From: Pseudomonadota bacterium
GTDB taxonomy: Bacteria > Pseudomonadota > Gammaproteobacteria > Burkholderiales > Eutrophovitaceae
Direction: 5' to 3'
NCBI GenBank assembly: GCA_027624715.1
Contig: JAQBTV010000001.1
Coordinates: 203,752 to 267,751 of the forward strand
Length of the DNA stretch: 64,000 nucleotides
Of this stretch, positions 50,938 through 60,737 are shown piece after piece. The notes beneath the pieces were generated by a model that did not search any database, was not told the DNA's origin, and was given only the letters and a program-made list of their open reading frames with translations. The first letter of the stretch is position 1; each line of letters starts with the position of its first letter. A program made the position numbers and the translations under genes.

Positions 50938-52667
50938 ACTGGTCCTTGCAACGCATTCCTTTTTGCCTCTTGCCCTTTGATAAGGGCATCGGGTTTTATT
51001 CCTAGCGTCTTTAGCGCCTCCTCCATAACCTTTCGGAAAACTGGAGCGGCCACCAAACTACCGTAATATGCCCCATGACTCGGCTCCTCAACCACAACCG
51101 CTACAATCAAACGCGGATTAGACACTGGAGCAATGCCCACAAATGAAGACCGATATTTACCGTCCGCATATGAACCCTCGGATGCTACTTTCGCGGTACC
51201 TGTTTTTCCAGCCACTCGATAACCCGGAATGGCAGCACTTCCTCCTGTACCGCCATCATGAGTCACCTTCTCAAGCATTTGAAGTACTGCTTGCGCGGTA
51301 TGTTCAGAGATGACACGGGTACCCTTTGCCGCCTGAGTTCGCTTCTCGAATGTGATTGGAACCAACATACCATTCCGAGCAAAAATTGAGTAAGCACGCG
51401 CCAACTGGAGCAGGCTCACCGAAATACCCATCCCATAAGAGATGGTTGCTTGCTCAATTGCTTTCCAGTTTTTTGGTGCCCTTAAAGAACCCGAGGCACT
51501 CCCAGGAAAACGAAGCCTTGGAGGCTGACCAAACCCAGATTGTGACAAGACCTCCCATAAATCATCCGCTTTCATCTTGCGCGCAATCTTCGCCGTTCCG
51601 ACGTTCGAAGATTGTTGGATAATGTCTGTCACAGTCAGCAGGCTCTTCTCTGGGTGCGTATCTTTTATCGTACGATTACCTATGCGCAAGCTGCCATCCT
51701 CAATGTCAATTAATGTGTCGGGTGTTACGAATCTTCCCTCGAGGGCGGCAGCAATGGTGAACGGCTTTATAGTTGACCCCGGCTCGAATTGATCGGTGAT
51801 GGCGCGATTACGTACTTCAGCAGGTTTAAAGGTTGAACGATTGTTGGGATTGAAGCTAGGCCAATTCGCAACTGCTAAAATCTCGCCTGTTACGACATCT
51901 AAAATAACAACGCTTGCAGATTTTGCGTCATGCTCGAGTACTGCATTTTTCGCCCCTGAAAACGCCAAATACTGTAGCGTTTGGTCAATTGAAAGTTCTA
52001 GCTCAGTACCGTTTTTGACCGCACTGATGATCGTGACTTCATCAACCACCTGAGCTTTGTTGTTCTGTGTGACCCGACGACTACCCGATTTGCCTGCAAG
52101 AGTCTCTTGGTAGGACTTCTCTAAACCCTCTATCCCTTTTTGATCATTATTCGTAAAACCCAGCAACTGCGCCATCGCCTCACCGCTTGGGTAATACCTT
52201 TTATATTTCGTTTCTATTCTCACGCCAGGTATTTTAAGTGACATCACTTGCGCAGCTATGTTCGGTGTAGTTTGTTTTTTTAACTCTACATATCGTTTCT
52301 TTTGCGACAACTTATGCTGGATATCCTTAACGTCCATACTCAATAATTTCGAGAGCTGATCGAGTTTTTCAGCCGGAATCTTGTCAAAAGCCACACGGGT
52401 GGGATCTGCAGCGATTATCTCGACTGCCGTGCTAATCGCTAATGCTTGTCCATTTCTATCGGTAATTGGCCCTCGATTCGCAATGAGATCTGGCGTTCTT
52501 GAATAGCGCTTCGCCGCCTCGGCTTGTAAAAAATCGTTATTGATAGCCTGAACGTAAAGAGCCCGCGCGGCTAGTGCCATAAATCCCAAAAACATCAGCG
52601 TTACCAGCAGGCGCGCTCTCCAAACTGGTAAACGGATATTTAGTGCTAACTGGGGTTTAGGCGTCAT
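50934..52667 (-). CDS. ftsI: peptidoglycan D,D-transpeptidase FtsI (PBP3)
   Basis: 577 aa with an N-terminal TM anchor, the STIK active-site box (EPGSTIKPF), SSN and KTGTA. Confidence 0.97.
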   Translation of the reverse strand: MTPKPQLALNIRLPVWRARLLVTLMFLGFMALAARALYVQAINNDFLQAEAAKRYSRTPDLIANRGPITDRNGQALAISTAVEIIAADPTRVAFDKIPAEKLDQLSKLLSMDVKDIQHKLSQKKRYVELKKQTTPNIAAQVMSLKIPGVRIETKYKRYYPSGEAMAQLLGFTNNDQKGIEGLEKSYQETLAGKSGSRRVTQNNKAQVVDEVTIISAVKNGTELELSIDQTLQYLAFSGAKNAVLEHDAKSASVVILDVVTGEILAVANWPSFNPNNRSTFKPAEVRNRAITDQFEPGSTIKPFTIAAALEGRFVTPDTLIDIEDGSLRIGNRTIKDTHPEKSLLTVTDIIQQSSNVGTAKIARKMKADDLWEVLSQSGFGQPPRLRFPGSASGSLRAPKNWKAIEQATISYGMGISVSLLQLARAYSIFARNGMLVPITFEKRTQAAKGTRVISEHTAQAVLQMLEKVTHDGGTGGSAAIPGYRVAGKTGTAKVASEGSYADGKYRSSFVGIAPVSNPRLIVAVVVEEPSHGAYYGSLVAAPVFRKVMEEALKTLGIKPDALIKGQEAKRNALQGPV

Positions 52668-52957
52668 TGATCAGCACGCGCGGGAGGGGGAGGGGGAGGA
52701 AGTAAAACAGTGTCTTCTGATTTAGGGTACTTCATACCGAGCTTTTTAATTGCTAGCCGCTCAATCCTTGCTGGCGCAGCGAGGGTGCTCTTTTCTATAA
52801 CCAGTCTCGCGTACTCCTGTCGAATTTTTAATGCTTTATTTTTTTCAATTTCAAGTTCACTTACCAATTTCCGAGTGTCGTGCCTTGCCGTCACCAATGA
52901 AAGAGCAGAGATAATTAGCAGCGCAAAAAGAAATAAACTTAATTTCACGAAACGCAC
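52664..52957 (-). CDS. ftsL: cell division protein FtsL
   Basis: 97 aa, bitopic, with a coiled-coil segment. It lies between rsmH and ftsI and ends ...LLPPPPPPARADQ. Confidence 0.88.
   Translation of the reverse strand: MRFVKLSLFLFALLIISALSLVTARHDTRKLVSELEIEKNKALKIRQEYARLVIEKSTLAAPARIERLAIKKLGMKYPKSEDTVLLPPPPPPARADQ
52682..52699. repeat. (GGGAGG)3 on the plus strand = (CCTCCC)3 on the coding strand, encoding PPPPPP in FtsL
   Basis: Three perfect hexanucleotide units were read directly at 52682-52699. Confidence 0.95.
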
Positions 52958-53952
52958 CTCTCCGCCACTCTCATCGTAGCGCTGCGAGAACGCGGATTAC
53001 GATCAATTTCCAAAATGGATGGGCGCACCGCCTTTCCCATAACTTTCAAGAGCGGCTTGGGTAAGTCAACCTCTCTAATCGGCATGCGATCAGGAACATT
53101 CGATTGCGACTCTCTGGCAAAGAAATGCTTTACCTTGCGATCTTCTAGGGAGTGGAAACTGATGATGACGAGACGCGCACCACCCAACAAAATAGACGTT
53201 ACTTGACTTAAGAAATGGTCTAAATCCTCCATCTCTCGATTGAGATGAATTCGAATCGCTTGATAAGTCTTGGTTGCCGGGTTTTTTGAAGATTGAAATT
53301 TTTTAGGTATCGCACGCTCCACAACGTGTCCTAATTGCCGCGTCGTACTCAATCTCTCGAGGGCTCTTGCTGCAACAATAAATTTTGCAATTCTTGGCGC
53401 AAATCGCTCTTCTCCATAGATTCTGAGAATACGTATAATTTCGGACTCTGCTGCCGTGTTGATCCACTCCTCTGCCGTCATCCCAGAGTTGGTGTCCATC
53501 CTCATATCTAAAGGGCCATCGAGCGCAAAACTGAAACCCCGACCCGCCGTATCTAACTGCGGTGACGAAACTCCTAAATCTAATAAAATTCCATCTACTT
53601 GCTTAATTCCAATTTGGGCAAGGATGTTTTTGATATCTGCGAATGTACCTTGCACAATTCTAAAGTTGTTAGACTCAAACTTCTCTCCTTCAGCAATAGC
53701 TTGCGGGTCCTTATCGATTGCAACCAACAGGCCGTCGCCTTTCAATTTTTTAAGTATCTCTTTGGCATGCCCACCTCGGCCAAACGTCCCGTCCACATAA
53801 ATTCCCTCAGGTTTAATATTCAATGACTCGATCGCCTCGAGTAACAGCACGGGAACATGTAGCGCACTACCCAGCTGACAAAAGGTTTCGCGACGATCAC
53901 TAGGTTCAGAGCGCAAAATTTTCCATTCCAGGTGGCGGACTAGTGGGCCCAT
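52945..53952 (-). CDS. rsmH: 16S rRNA (cytosine1402-N4)-methyltransferase
   Basis: HVPVLLLEAIESLNIKPEGIYVDGTFGRGGHA, DLGVSSPQLD and ISFHSLEDR are present. Start is uncertain: ATG 53952 overlaps the mraZ end by 47 nt, and the track start at 54024 is less likely. Confidence 0.93.
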   Translation of the reverse strand: MGPLVRHLEWKILRSEPSDRRETFCQLGSALHVPVLLLEAIESLNIKPEGIYVDGTFGRGGHAKEILKKLKGDGLLVAIDKDPQAIAEGEKFESNNFRIVQGTFADIKNILAQIGIKQVDGILLDLGVSSPQLDTAGRGFSFALDGPLDMRMDTNSGMTAEEWINTAAESEIIRILRIYGEERFAPRIAKFIVAARALERLSTTRQLGHVVERAIPKKFQSSKNPATKTYQAIRIHLNREMEDLDHFLSQVTSILLGGARLVIISFHSLEDRKVKHFFARESQSNVPDRMPIREVDLPKPLLKVMGKAVRPSILEIDRNPRSRSATMRVAERCVS

Positions 53953-54349
53953 CGTCAAACTGCGAAATCTGCTTGTCCCAAGAAGACTCACTCCATAATT
54001 CAAAATGACTTCCCTGACCAACAAGCATCACGCGTTTTTCCAATCCCGCAAACTGACGCTGCGAGGCCGAGATCAAAACTCTTCCCGCGTTATCTAGCTC
54101 CATCTCCTCGGCAAAACCAACTAACAATCGCTTCCAAAGACTTAGTTTTGGATCAAAGCTTGAGAAGGTCATGATTTGCGCTCGAATGGGATTCCATGCT
54201 TCTACAGGATATAAAAGCAAGCATCGGTGCGGGTGTGAAGTAAGGATTAACTTATCTCTTTGTCCAGACGTTAATTGCTCCCGATGCTTGGTCGGAATAG
54301 CCAAACGCCCCTTGACATCCAGGTTAATCCCCACGACTCCTTGAAACAT
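53906..54349 (-). CDS. mraZ: transcriptional regulator MraZ
   Basis: 147 aa. MFQGVVGINLDVKGRLAIPTKHRE and a second SpoVT/AbrB-like repeat (DNAGRVLISASQRQFAGL) are present. It is the first gene of the dcw cluster. Confidence 0.96.
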   Translation of the reverse strand: MFQGVVGINLDVKGRLAIPTKHREQLTSGQRDKLILTSHPHRCLLLYPVEAWNPIRAQIMTFSSFDPKLSLWKRLLVGFAEEMELDNAGRVLISASQRQFAGLEKRVMLVGQGSHFELWSESSWDKQISQFDDGPTSPPPGMENFAL

Positions 54350-54381
54350 AAGCTCACCTAACTCTTATAGAGTAGAAGTAC

Positions 54382-54416
54382 CCCTATTTTTCCCACATTT
54401 TTCTACATTTACCCAC
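54382..54416 (-). promoter_or_regulatory. candidate MraZ operator: four 10-bp-phased GTGGG-like boxes
   Basis: The minus strand reads GTGGGtaaatGTAGAaaaatGTGGGaaaaaTAGGG. The boxes start exactly 10 nt apart, 33-67 nt upstream of the mraZ ATG. Confidence 0.55.
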
Positions 54417-54443
54417 ATTATGACAAATAACGATCCGGGTCAA
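54417..54443 (-). promoter_or_regulatory. candidate dcw (Pmra-like) promoter
   Basis: On the minus strand, TTGACC (54443-54438) is followed by a 15-nt spacer and CATAAT (54422-54417), which abuts the first GTGGG box. The spacer is short, so this is tentative. Confidence 0.35.
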
Positions 54444-54526
54444 GTAAGTACCTCAATAAAAACGTACACTTAGGACGTGGGGAGACGTGTTTAGACGGCG
54501 TCCAATGAGGACGGCCTAAGAAAAAA

Positions 54527-54896
54527 CTTGGAAGTCAGTCTATAAGCCGGGTTCTGTCTTTCGACGAAACGTCGAGAGGCAATCATTCATCTGGATCAAA
54601 AGTTACCCCTTGATTCTAGCGACCTACCCGAGGACGACGCGAGCCACGCCAAAGTCCCCCTATTTGGTCTTGCTCCGGGTGGGGTTTACACTGCCAACCT
54701 TGTTGCCAAGGTTGCGGTGAGCTCTTACCTCACCTTTTCACCCTTACCCCAAACCAGAGGTTCGAGGCGGTATACTTTCTGTTGCACTGTCCATCGCTTC
54801 ACAACGTCCGGCTATTAACCGGCACCCCGCTCTTTGGAGCCCGGACTTTCCTCTACAAATCACAGACTATGCAGCGATTGCCCGACTAACTTCCAA
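54527..54896 (-). ncRNA. rnpB: RNase P RNA, bacterial type A
   Basis: The minus strand contains the universally conserved GAGGAAAGTCCGGGCTCC (P4 5' strand) and ACAGAACCCGGCTTA (P4 3' strand). P1 pairs GGAAGTTAGTC with GACTGACTTCC. The length is about 370 nt. A TATTAT -10 box lies at 54909-54904 and a T6 run follows P1. Ends are good to about 3 nt. Confidence 0.95.
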
Positions 54897-54944
54897 GGAC
54901 ATCATAATAGAAAGATCAATATGTTAATAGGGCTTTTCGTTCAG

Positions 54945-55982
54945 CTAATCAGTTGAAATACTCCAATCAAGAGTTTCACCCGCGCGAAATGGAACAATGC
55001 TACCACCTGGGTAGCTATATTGCGGCAAAACCTCTTGCCTCTTACGTAGCAACCTAATCTGCCCAACATTTAGCGGCAATCCATAAAACTTTGCGCCGAA
55101 AGCTGACGTAAATTTTTCTAATTTGTCGATTGCACCCACCGAATCAAAAGCTGCCGCATATAATTCAAGGGCCGCATGCGCGGTGTATACCCCAGCACAT
55201 CCACAAGCAGCCTCTTTCGTATGTTTTTCATGGGGCGCACTGTCCGTACCTAGAAAATATTTAGGGCTGCCGGAAACAGCTGCACGGATGAGCGCGAGTC
55301 GGTGTTCTTCCCTTTTCAAAATTGGCAAGCAGTAGTGATGCGGCCGAATTCCGCCAGAAAATAAGTCACTCCGATTGAGCAACAAATGATGCGCAGTAAT
55401 CGTCGCCGCAACCTTATCAGAACAAGAGTCAACGAATTGTACCGAGTCAGCTGTAGTAATGTGTTCTAGAACAATCTTAAGCTCCGGGAATCTCTTGACC
55501 ACGGTAGATAAAACGACATCAAGAAATACCTTTTCCCTATCGAATACGTCAACGTGCTTATCAGTGACTTCCCCATGAAGCAACAACGGCATACCGTGCT
55601 TCATCATTGCTTCAAGAACATCGTAACGGCCAGATAAGTCCGTCACTCCTGAATCAGAATTGGTGGTCGCACCCGCAGGATAGTACTTAACACCATGAAT
55701 AATTCCCGACTCCTTCGCAACCAATACTTCAGAGGGCATGGTTCGGTCAGTCAAATAGAGCGTCATCAACGGATTAAAAGATCGACCAGCTGGGACCGCT
55801 GATAAAATCCGATCTCTGTACGCAGCAGCCATCGGGGTCGACACAATCGGAGGACTAAGATTTGGCATCACAATTGCTCGCCCAAACTGTGCTGACACAT
55901 GGTCAACCGATAGGGGCAACAGATCTCCATCCCTTAAGTGAATATGCAAATCGTCCGGCTGACGAATGAGTAGTTCATCCAT
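54945..55982 (-). CDS. pyrC: dihydroorotase (E. coli-type, class II)
   Basis: 345 aa. [24 protein letters not shown] and GTDSAPH are present. Confidence 0.96.
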   Translation of the reverse strand: MDELLIRQPDDLHIHLRDGDLLPLSVDHVSAQFGRAIVMPNLSPPIVSTPMAAAYRDRILSAVPAGRSFNPLMTLYLTDRTMPSEVLVAKESGIIHGVKYYPAGATTNSDSGVTDLSGRYDVLEAMMKHGMPLLLHGEVTDKHVDVFDREKVFLDVVLSTVVKRFPELKIVLEHITTADSVQFVDSCSDKVAATITAHHLLLNRSDLFSGGIRPHHYCLPILKREEHRLALIRAAVSGSPKYFLGTDSAPHEKHTKEAACGCAGVYTAHAALELYAAAFDSVGAIDKLEKFTSAFGAKFYGLPLNVGQIRLLRKRQEVLPQYSYPGGSIVPFRAGETLDWSISTD

Positions 55983-56001
55983 AACTAAATTCTAACTCTC
56001 C

Positions 56002-56883
56002 CTATTTGCTTGATCCATTTTTAATATCTAAGGCCATTTGATAAATCCTCTTTCGAGGAGTCTGAGTATATTTTGCAACAATATCGACAGTCTGTTTGAG
56101 AGGTAATGATTTCAGCAGGTCTGCCAATAGATCTTCAACCTCTGGTGAAACATTGTCCTGCCCGCTAATGCCTAAAGGCAGGAATAAAGTAATGACGAAC
56201 TCCCCCTTTGACTGATAGATCCCAGATGACACCCAAATCACGGCATCACGCAGAGAAAGCGACACCGTTTCCTCATTAGCCTTAGTCAACTCACGACCAA
56301 TAAAAACCCGCAGATCTTCACCAAAAACCGACACCATATCACTCAAGCATGCCTTGATGCGATGCGGAGTCTCAAATAAGACAACCGGCACATCATAGCT
56401 TATAAGACTCTTTAAAAATTGCTTTCTCTCTGCAGACTTTGCGGGCAAAAAACCTTTAAATAAGAACCCCTCCTGAGTTAAGCCACTGACGGACAATGCA
56501 GCTGTGAGTGCACTTACCCCCGGAATAGGTTCCACACGATATCCCGCATCACGCGCCTTAGCCACCACGATTGCTCCCGGATCGCAGATCCCCGGGGTTC
56601 CCGCATCAGTCACAAGGGCAACAGAATTACCGGCAAACAACAACTTGATAATCCCATCCGAAGAGGTAACTTCGTTATGCTCACGGTAGGAAATCAAACG
56701 ACGCTGCAGATTTAACTTGGACAGCAATCTTTTGGTATTACGAGTATCCTCAGCAGCAACAATATCTACAGAGCTTAAAATTCTGACTGCTCGAGACGTG
56801 ATATCACCCATATTTCCAATAGGCATACCCACAACGTACAGCGTGGAAGGTCGAGCCTCTTTATCAGATTGGTCGTTAATCAT
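56002..56883 (-). CDS. rsmI: 16S rRNA (cytidine1402-2'-O)-methyltransferase
   Basis: LYVVGMPIGNMGDITSRAVRILSSVDIVAAEDTRNT and DAGTPGICDPG are present. The start is taken at ATG 56883 (MINDQSD...); the track's extra 25 codons are not conserved-looking. Confidence 0.93.
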   Translation of the reverse strand: MINDQSDKEARPSTLYVVGMPIGNMGDITSRAVRILSSVDIVAAEDTRNTKRLLSKLNLQRRLISYREHNEVTSSDGIIKLLFAGNSVALVTDAGTPGICDPGAIVVAKARDAGYRVEPIPGVSALTAALSVSGLTQEGFLFKGFLPAKSAERKQFLKSLISYDVPVVLFETPHRIKACLSDMVSVFGEDLRVFIGRELTKANEETVSLSLRDAVIWVSSGIYQSKGEFVITLFLPLGISGQDNVSPEVEDLLADLLKSLPLKQTVDIVAKYTQTPRKRIYQMALDIKNGSSK

Positions 56884-57041
56884 TGATTGTCCATAACGCA
56901 ATAGAAACAAAACATAGTTTAAATATTGTTGAAGATACCCATATGCACAAAACCGCATTATCGCAATAAAAAATGCTTTGTCAGTTAAAATCTAGAAAGC
57001 CTATGAGTCACAACTTAAGAACGAAGGATAAATAAAACTAA

Positions 57042-57632
<591 letters not shown>

Positions 57633-57633
57633 A

Positions 57634-58209
57634 ATGTATAGAGTAACGATCGCAATGGTTCTTGTAGTTTCTCTATCTGGCGCCCTTCATGGCTGCCTTG
57701 GACCCGCCATAATTTCTGCCGGAATCGGCGCCGCAATGATGGCAGAAGACCCTAGAACTGCTGGAACAATCGTAGATGATCGAATTATCGTCAGTAAACT
57801 CTCATCCAGAATCAGAGATAAATACACTAAGCAAGCAAAAGTACACATAACAGCTTATAACCATGTAGTGCTTTTGACAGGTCAAGTTGACTCAGAAGCC
57901 ATCAAAGACGACCTTCAGCTCATGGTTCTGGAAACCTTGTCTGTTCGAGATTTCAAAGACCAAACTACGGTTGGTGAATTTAGTTCAGTTAAAGAGTCTG
58001 CCAAGGATGGTGCGATAAAAACGCAAGTGGTCGCCTTACTTACACGAAGTGCTGATGTACGAATTGTCCGAGTCAGTACGACGGTTGAGTCGGGAACCGT
58101 ATACCTCATGGGCCTTGTAACGCGAGACGAAGGTGATACAGCAGCTCAGATTGCGTCGTCGATTAAAGGTGTTGTCAAAGTCGTCAAAATCTTTGAGTAC
58201 GTTGACTAA
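57634..58209 (+). CDS. dolP: BON-domain outer-membrane lipoprotein (DolP/YraP-like)
   Basis: 191 aa. It has a lipobox LHGC, DPRTAGTIVDD and two BON repeats, in the conserved position after diaA. Confidence 0.85.
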   Translation: MYRVTIAMVLVVSLSGALHGCLGPAIISAGIGAAMMAEDPRTAGTIVDDRIIVSKLSSRIRDKYTKQAKVHITAYNHVVLLTGQVDSEAIKDDLQLMVLETLSVRDFKDQTTVGEFSSVKESAKDGAIKTQVVALLTRSADVRIVRVSTTVESGTVYLMGLVTRDEGDTAAQIASSIKGVVKVVKIFEYVD

Positions 58210-58337
58210 TCGTTAGACTGCACTGATTGTTACTCACAGATTATTTGTCAACGATCTGAGTAAATCGCTACTTAACCATGGGTCTCAGACAAAGCTTCTC
58301 TCGGAACTAAAACCAATTTCTGGGCACAAATTGAACC

Positions 58338-58823
58338 ATGTGCAATGATAATGTCATGCGTGTAAAACTAGCAAACCTAAACGACCTAGAATCCAAATTA
58401 ACAAGAGTTCCACGCCCCTACGTTTTTACTAATGGTGTGTTCGACATTCTCCACCACGGGCATGTTACGTATCTTGCCCAAGCAAGAGCGCTTGGAGCGT
58501 CACTCATTGTAGCCTTGAATTCCGACCAATCCGCAAAGAGGCTGGGCAAGGGGGATGATAGGCCGATCAATTCCATTGAAGATCGAATGGGCGTCATCGC
58601 CGCCTTAGAATGTGTTGATCTAGTCACGAGCTTTGAAGAGGATACCCCCTTAAACCTTATCAATATAATCACACCTGAGATTTTAGTTAAAGGAGGTGAT
58701 TGGCCGATTAAATCGATTGTTGGGAGCACGGAGGTCGCGAGTTGGGGCGGAAAAACGTTTTCTATACCGTTCGAGTACCAAAACTCAACCAGTAAAATCA
58801 TCGAACGCATCCGAAAAGGGTAG
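58338..58823 (+). CDS. hldC: D-glycero-beta-D-manno-heptose-1-phosphate adenylyltransferase (stand-alone RfaE domain II)
   Basis: 161 aa. The cytidylyltransferase motif is FTNGVFDILHHGHVTYL, and VKGGDW is present. An alternative start is ATG 58356. Confidence 0.88.
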   Translation: MCNDNVMRVKLANLNDLESKLTRVPRPYVFTNGVFDILHHGHVTYLAQARALGASLIVALNSDQSAKRLGKGDDRPINSIEDRMGVIAALECVDLVTSFEEDTPLNLINIITPEILVKGGDWPIKSIVGSTEVASWGGKTFSIPFEYQNSTSKIIERIRKG

Positions 58824-58829
58824 ATCGAA

Positions 58830-60737
58830 ATGGTTAGATCTATACTGATTTTGATATTACTGTGCTGCCCCCCCCTGCAGGCAGAAAACACACGAACTCA
58901 TGGCATCGCCATGCATGGAAGCCCTAAATATTCAGCTGATTTTCCTCATTTTGAATATGTTAACCCTAATGCCCCGAAAGGTGGGCGACTTAACTTAGGC
59001 GCTGTAGGGACATTCGATAGCTTTAATCCCTATATTCCAAAGGGAAACGCAGGCGCTGGAGCCTCCATGGAAACCTTGATGACGACAAGTGCAGACGAGC
59101 CATTTAGCTCCTATGGTTTGATTGCGGAATACATTGAGGTTCCAGAAGATCGCAGTTGGGCACAATTTAAAATTCGATCAGAAGCCAAGTGGCACGACGG
59201 GCAACGAATAACGGTGGATGATGTCATATGGTCTCTCAATACGCTAAAAGAATTAGGCCACCCTTTCTATCGCTTCTACTATGGTGATGTGTCTTCAGCA
59301 ATTAAGGTGTCTTCGGATACGGTAAGGTTTGAGTTTTCTGACAACACCAATCGCGAGCTCCCTCTCATCGTCGGACAAATGCCGATCCTACCCAAACACT
59401 ATTGGGCAGATAAAGACTTTACGCTCACGACATTAGAGCCGCCTTTAGGTAGCGGCCCTTATCGAATATCAAATTTCGAACCAGGGCGGTTCATCACACT
59501 CCAGCGCGTAAAAGAATATTGGGGAGAAAAGATACCTGTCAATGTTGGTACTAATAACTTTGATGAAATACGGATTGATTATTATCGTGATGAAACCGTA
59601 ATACGGGAGGCGCTCAAATCAGGAGAAATTGACTACCGCGAAGAAAATCAAGCAAAAGCATGGGCTCTTGACTACGACACGCCGGCAGTCGAACAAGGCC
59701 TTCTAAAGAAGATCAACTTGCGACACCATAACCCGACTGGAATGCAAGCTTTCGTTTATAACACCAGGCGTCCTATTTTTCAGGATGTAAAAGTTCGACA
59801 GGCTCTTTCGTACGCATTTGACTTTGAGTGGACCAACAAAAACCTATTCTTTAGTCAATATACGAGGACCAAAAGTTACTTTTCAAATTCAGATCTCGCC
59901 TCACGCGATTTGCCCAATGGGCGCGAACTTCAAATACTACAAAAATATAAAAACCTGATACCTACTGAAATCTTCTCAAAACCCTACAACGTTCCAGAAA
60001 CGGATGGTTTAGGCTGGCCGCGAAACAACTTACAAATTGCTCAAAAACTGCTCTCCGATGCAAGATGGCAGGTAAAGGATATGGTTCTAACCAACAACGA
60101 AACTGATGATCCATTTACTTTTGAAATCTTGCTATACAGCGAAGGATTCGAACGAATCGTATTGCCATTCGTTCGCAACCTTAATAAGCTAGGCGTTGAT
60201 GTTAAGGTAAGAAGAGTCGACCAGACTCAATACATTAACCGAGTGCGTAATTTTGACTACGACATGATTGTCGCGGGTTGGGGATCATCAGAGTCGCCAG
60301 GAAATGAACAATTCGACCAATGGTCCTCAAACTCTGTAGATTCACCAGCGGCGAGCAATTATGCAGGGGTGAAAGATCCCGTGGTCGATAAACTAATTAG
60401 TGGGCTTGTTCAAGCAAAATCTCGAGAAGATCTTATTGCACATACTAGGGCGCTCGATAGACTTTTATTATTTGGTCATTATGTAATTCCTCACTGGCAC
60501 TTAACCTCGCAACGAATTCTATTCTGGAATAAATTTGGGTTACCCGAAGTCACTCCAAAAATAGGGACATCCACTACTCTATGGTGGTTCGATCGCCAAA
60601 AAGCCGATCAACTGGCCGCACAAAGTACCAGACAACATGATGGGACAAACTCTAGTTGGCTCACTTACGGCTTCGTTACTTTACTCGTAATACTCAGCGT
60701 TCTGGCGGTTAATCGCGTCAAACGAAACAGATCATGA
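58830..60737 (+). CDS. yejA: ABC transporter periplasmic substrate-binding protein, family 5 (YejA-like), with a hydrophobic C-terminal tail
   Basis: 635 aa with a signal peptide and SBP_bac_5-like sequence throughout. It is followed by yejB/E/F-like genes. The last ~30 aa form a TM-like helix plus a basic tail (WLTYGFVTLLVILSVLAVNRVKRNRS). Confidence 0.85.
   Translation: MVRSILILILLCCPPLQAENTRTHGIAMHGSPKYSADFPHFEYVNPNAPKGGRLNLGAVGTFDSFNPYIPKGNAGAGASMETLMTTSADEPFSSYGLIAEYIEVPEDRSWAQFKIRSEAKWHDGQRITVDDVIWSLNTLKELGHPFYRFYYGDVSSAIKVSSDTVRFEFSDNTNRELPLIVGQMPILPKHYWADKDFTLTTLEPPLGSGPYRISNFEPGRFITLQRVKEYWGEKIPVNVGTNNFDEIRIDYYRDETVIREALKSGEIDYREENQAKAWALDYDTPAVEQGLLKKINLRHHNPTGMQAFVYNTRRPIFQDVKVRQALSYAFDFEWTNKNLFFSQYTRTKSYFSNSDLASRDLPNGRELQILQKYKNLIPTEIFSKPYNVPETDGLGWPRNNLQIAQKLLSDARWQVKDMVLTNNETDDPFTFEILLYSEGFERIVLPFVRNLNKLGVDVKVRRVDQTQYINRVRNFDYDMIVAGWGSSESPGNEQFDQWSSNSVDSPAASNYAGVKDPVVDKLISGLVQAKSREDLIAHTRALDRLLLFGHYVIPHWHLTSQRILFWNKFGLPEVTPKIGTSTTLWWFDRQKADQLAAQSTRQHDGTNSSWLTYGFVTLLVILSVLAVNRVKRNRS

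Noticed and set aside
54495-54518. Imperfect hairpin GGCGTCCaatgaGGACGGCC considered as the rnpB terminator
   Set aside because: On the rnpB (minus) strand the T-run precedes rather than follows the hairpin, and the stem has a bulge. The T6 run directly after P1 is the more plausible 3'-end signal. The hairpin is not reported as a feature.
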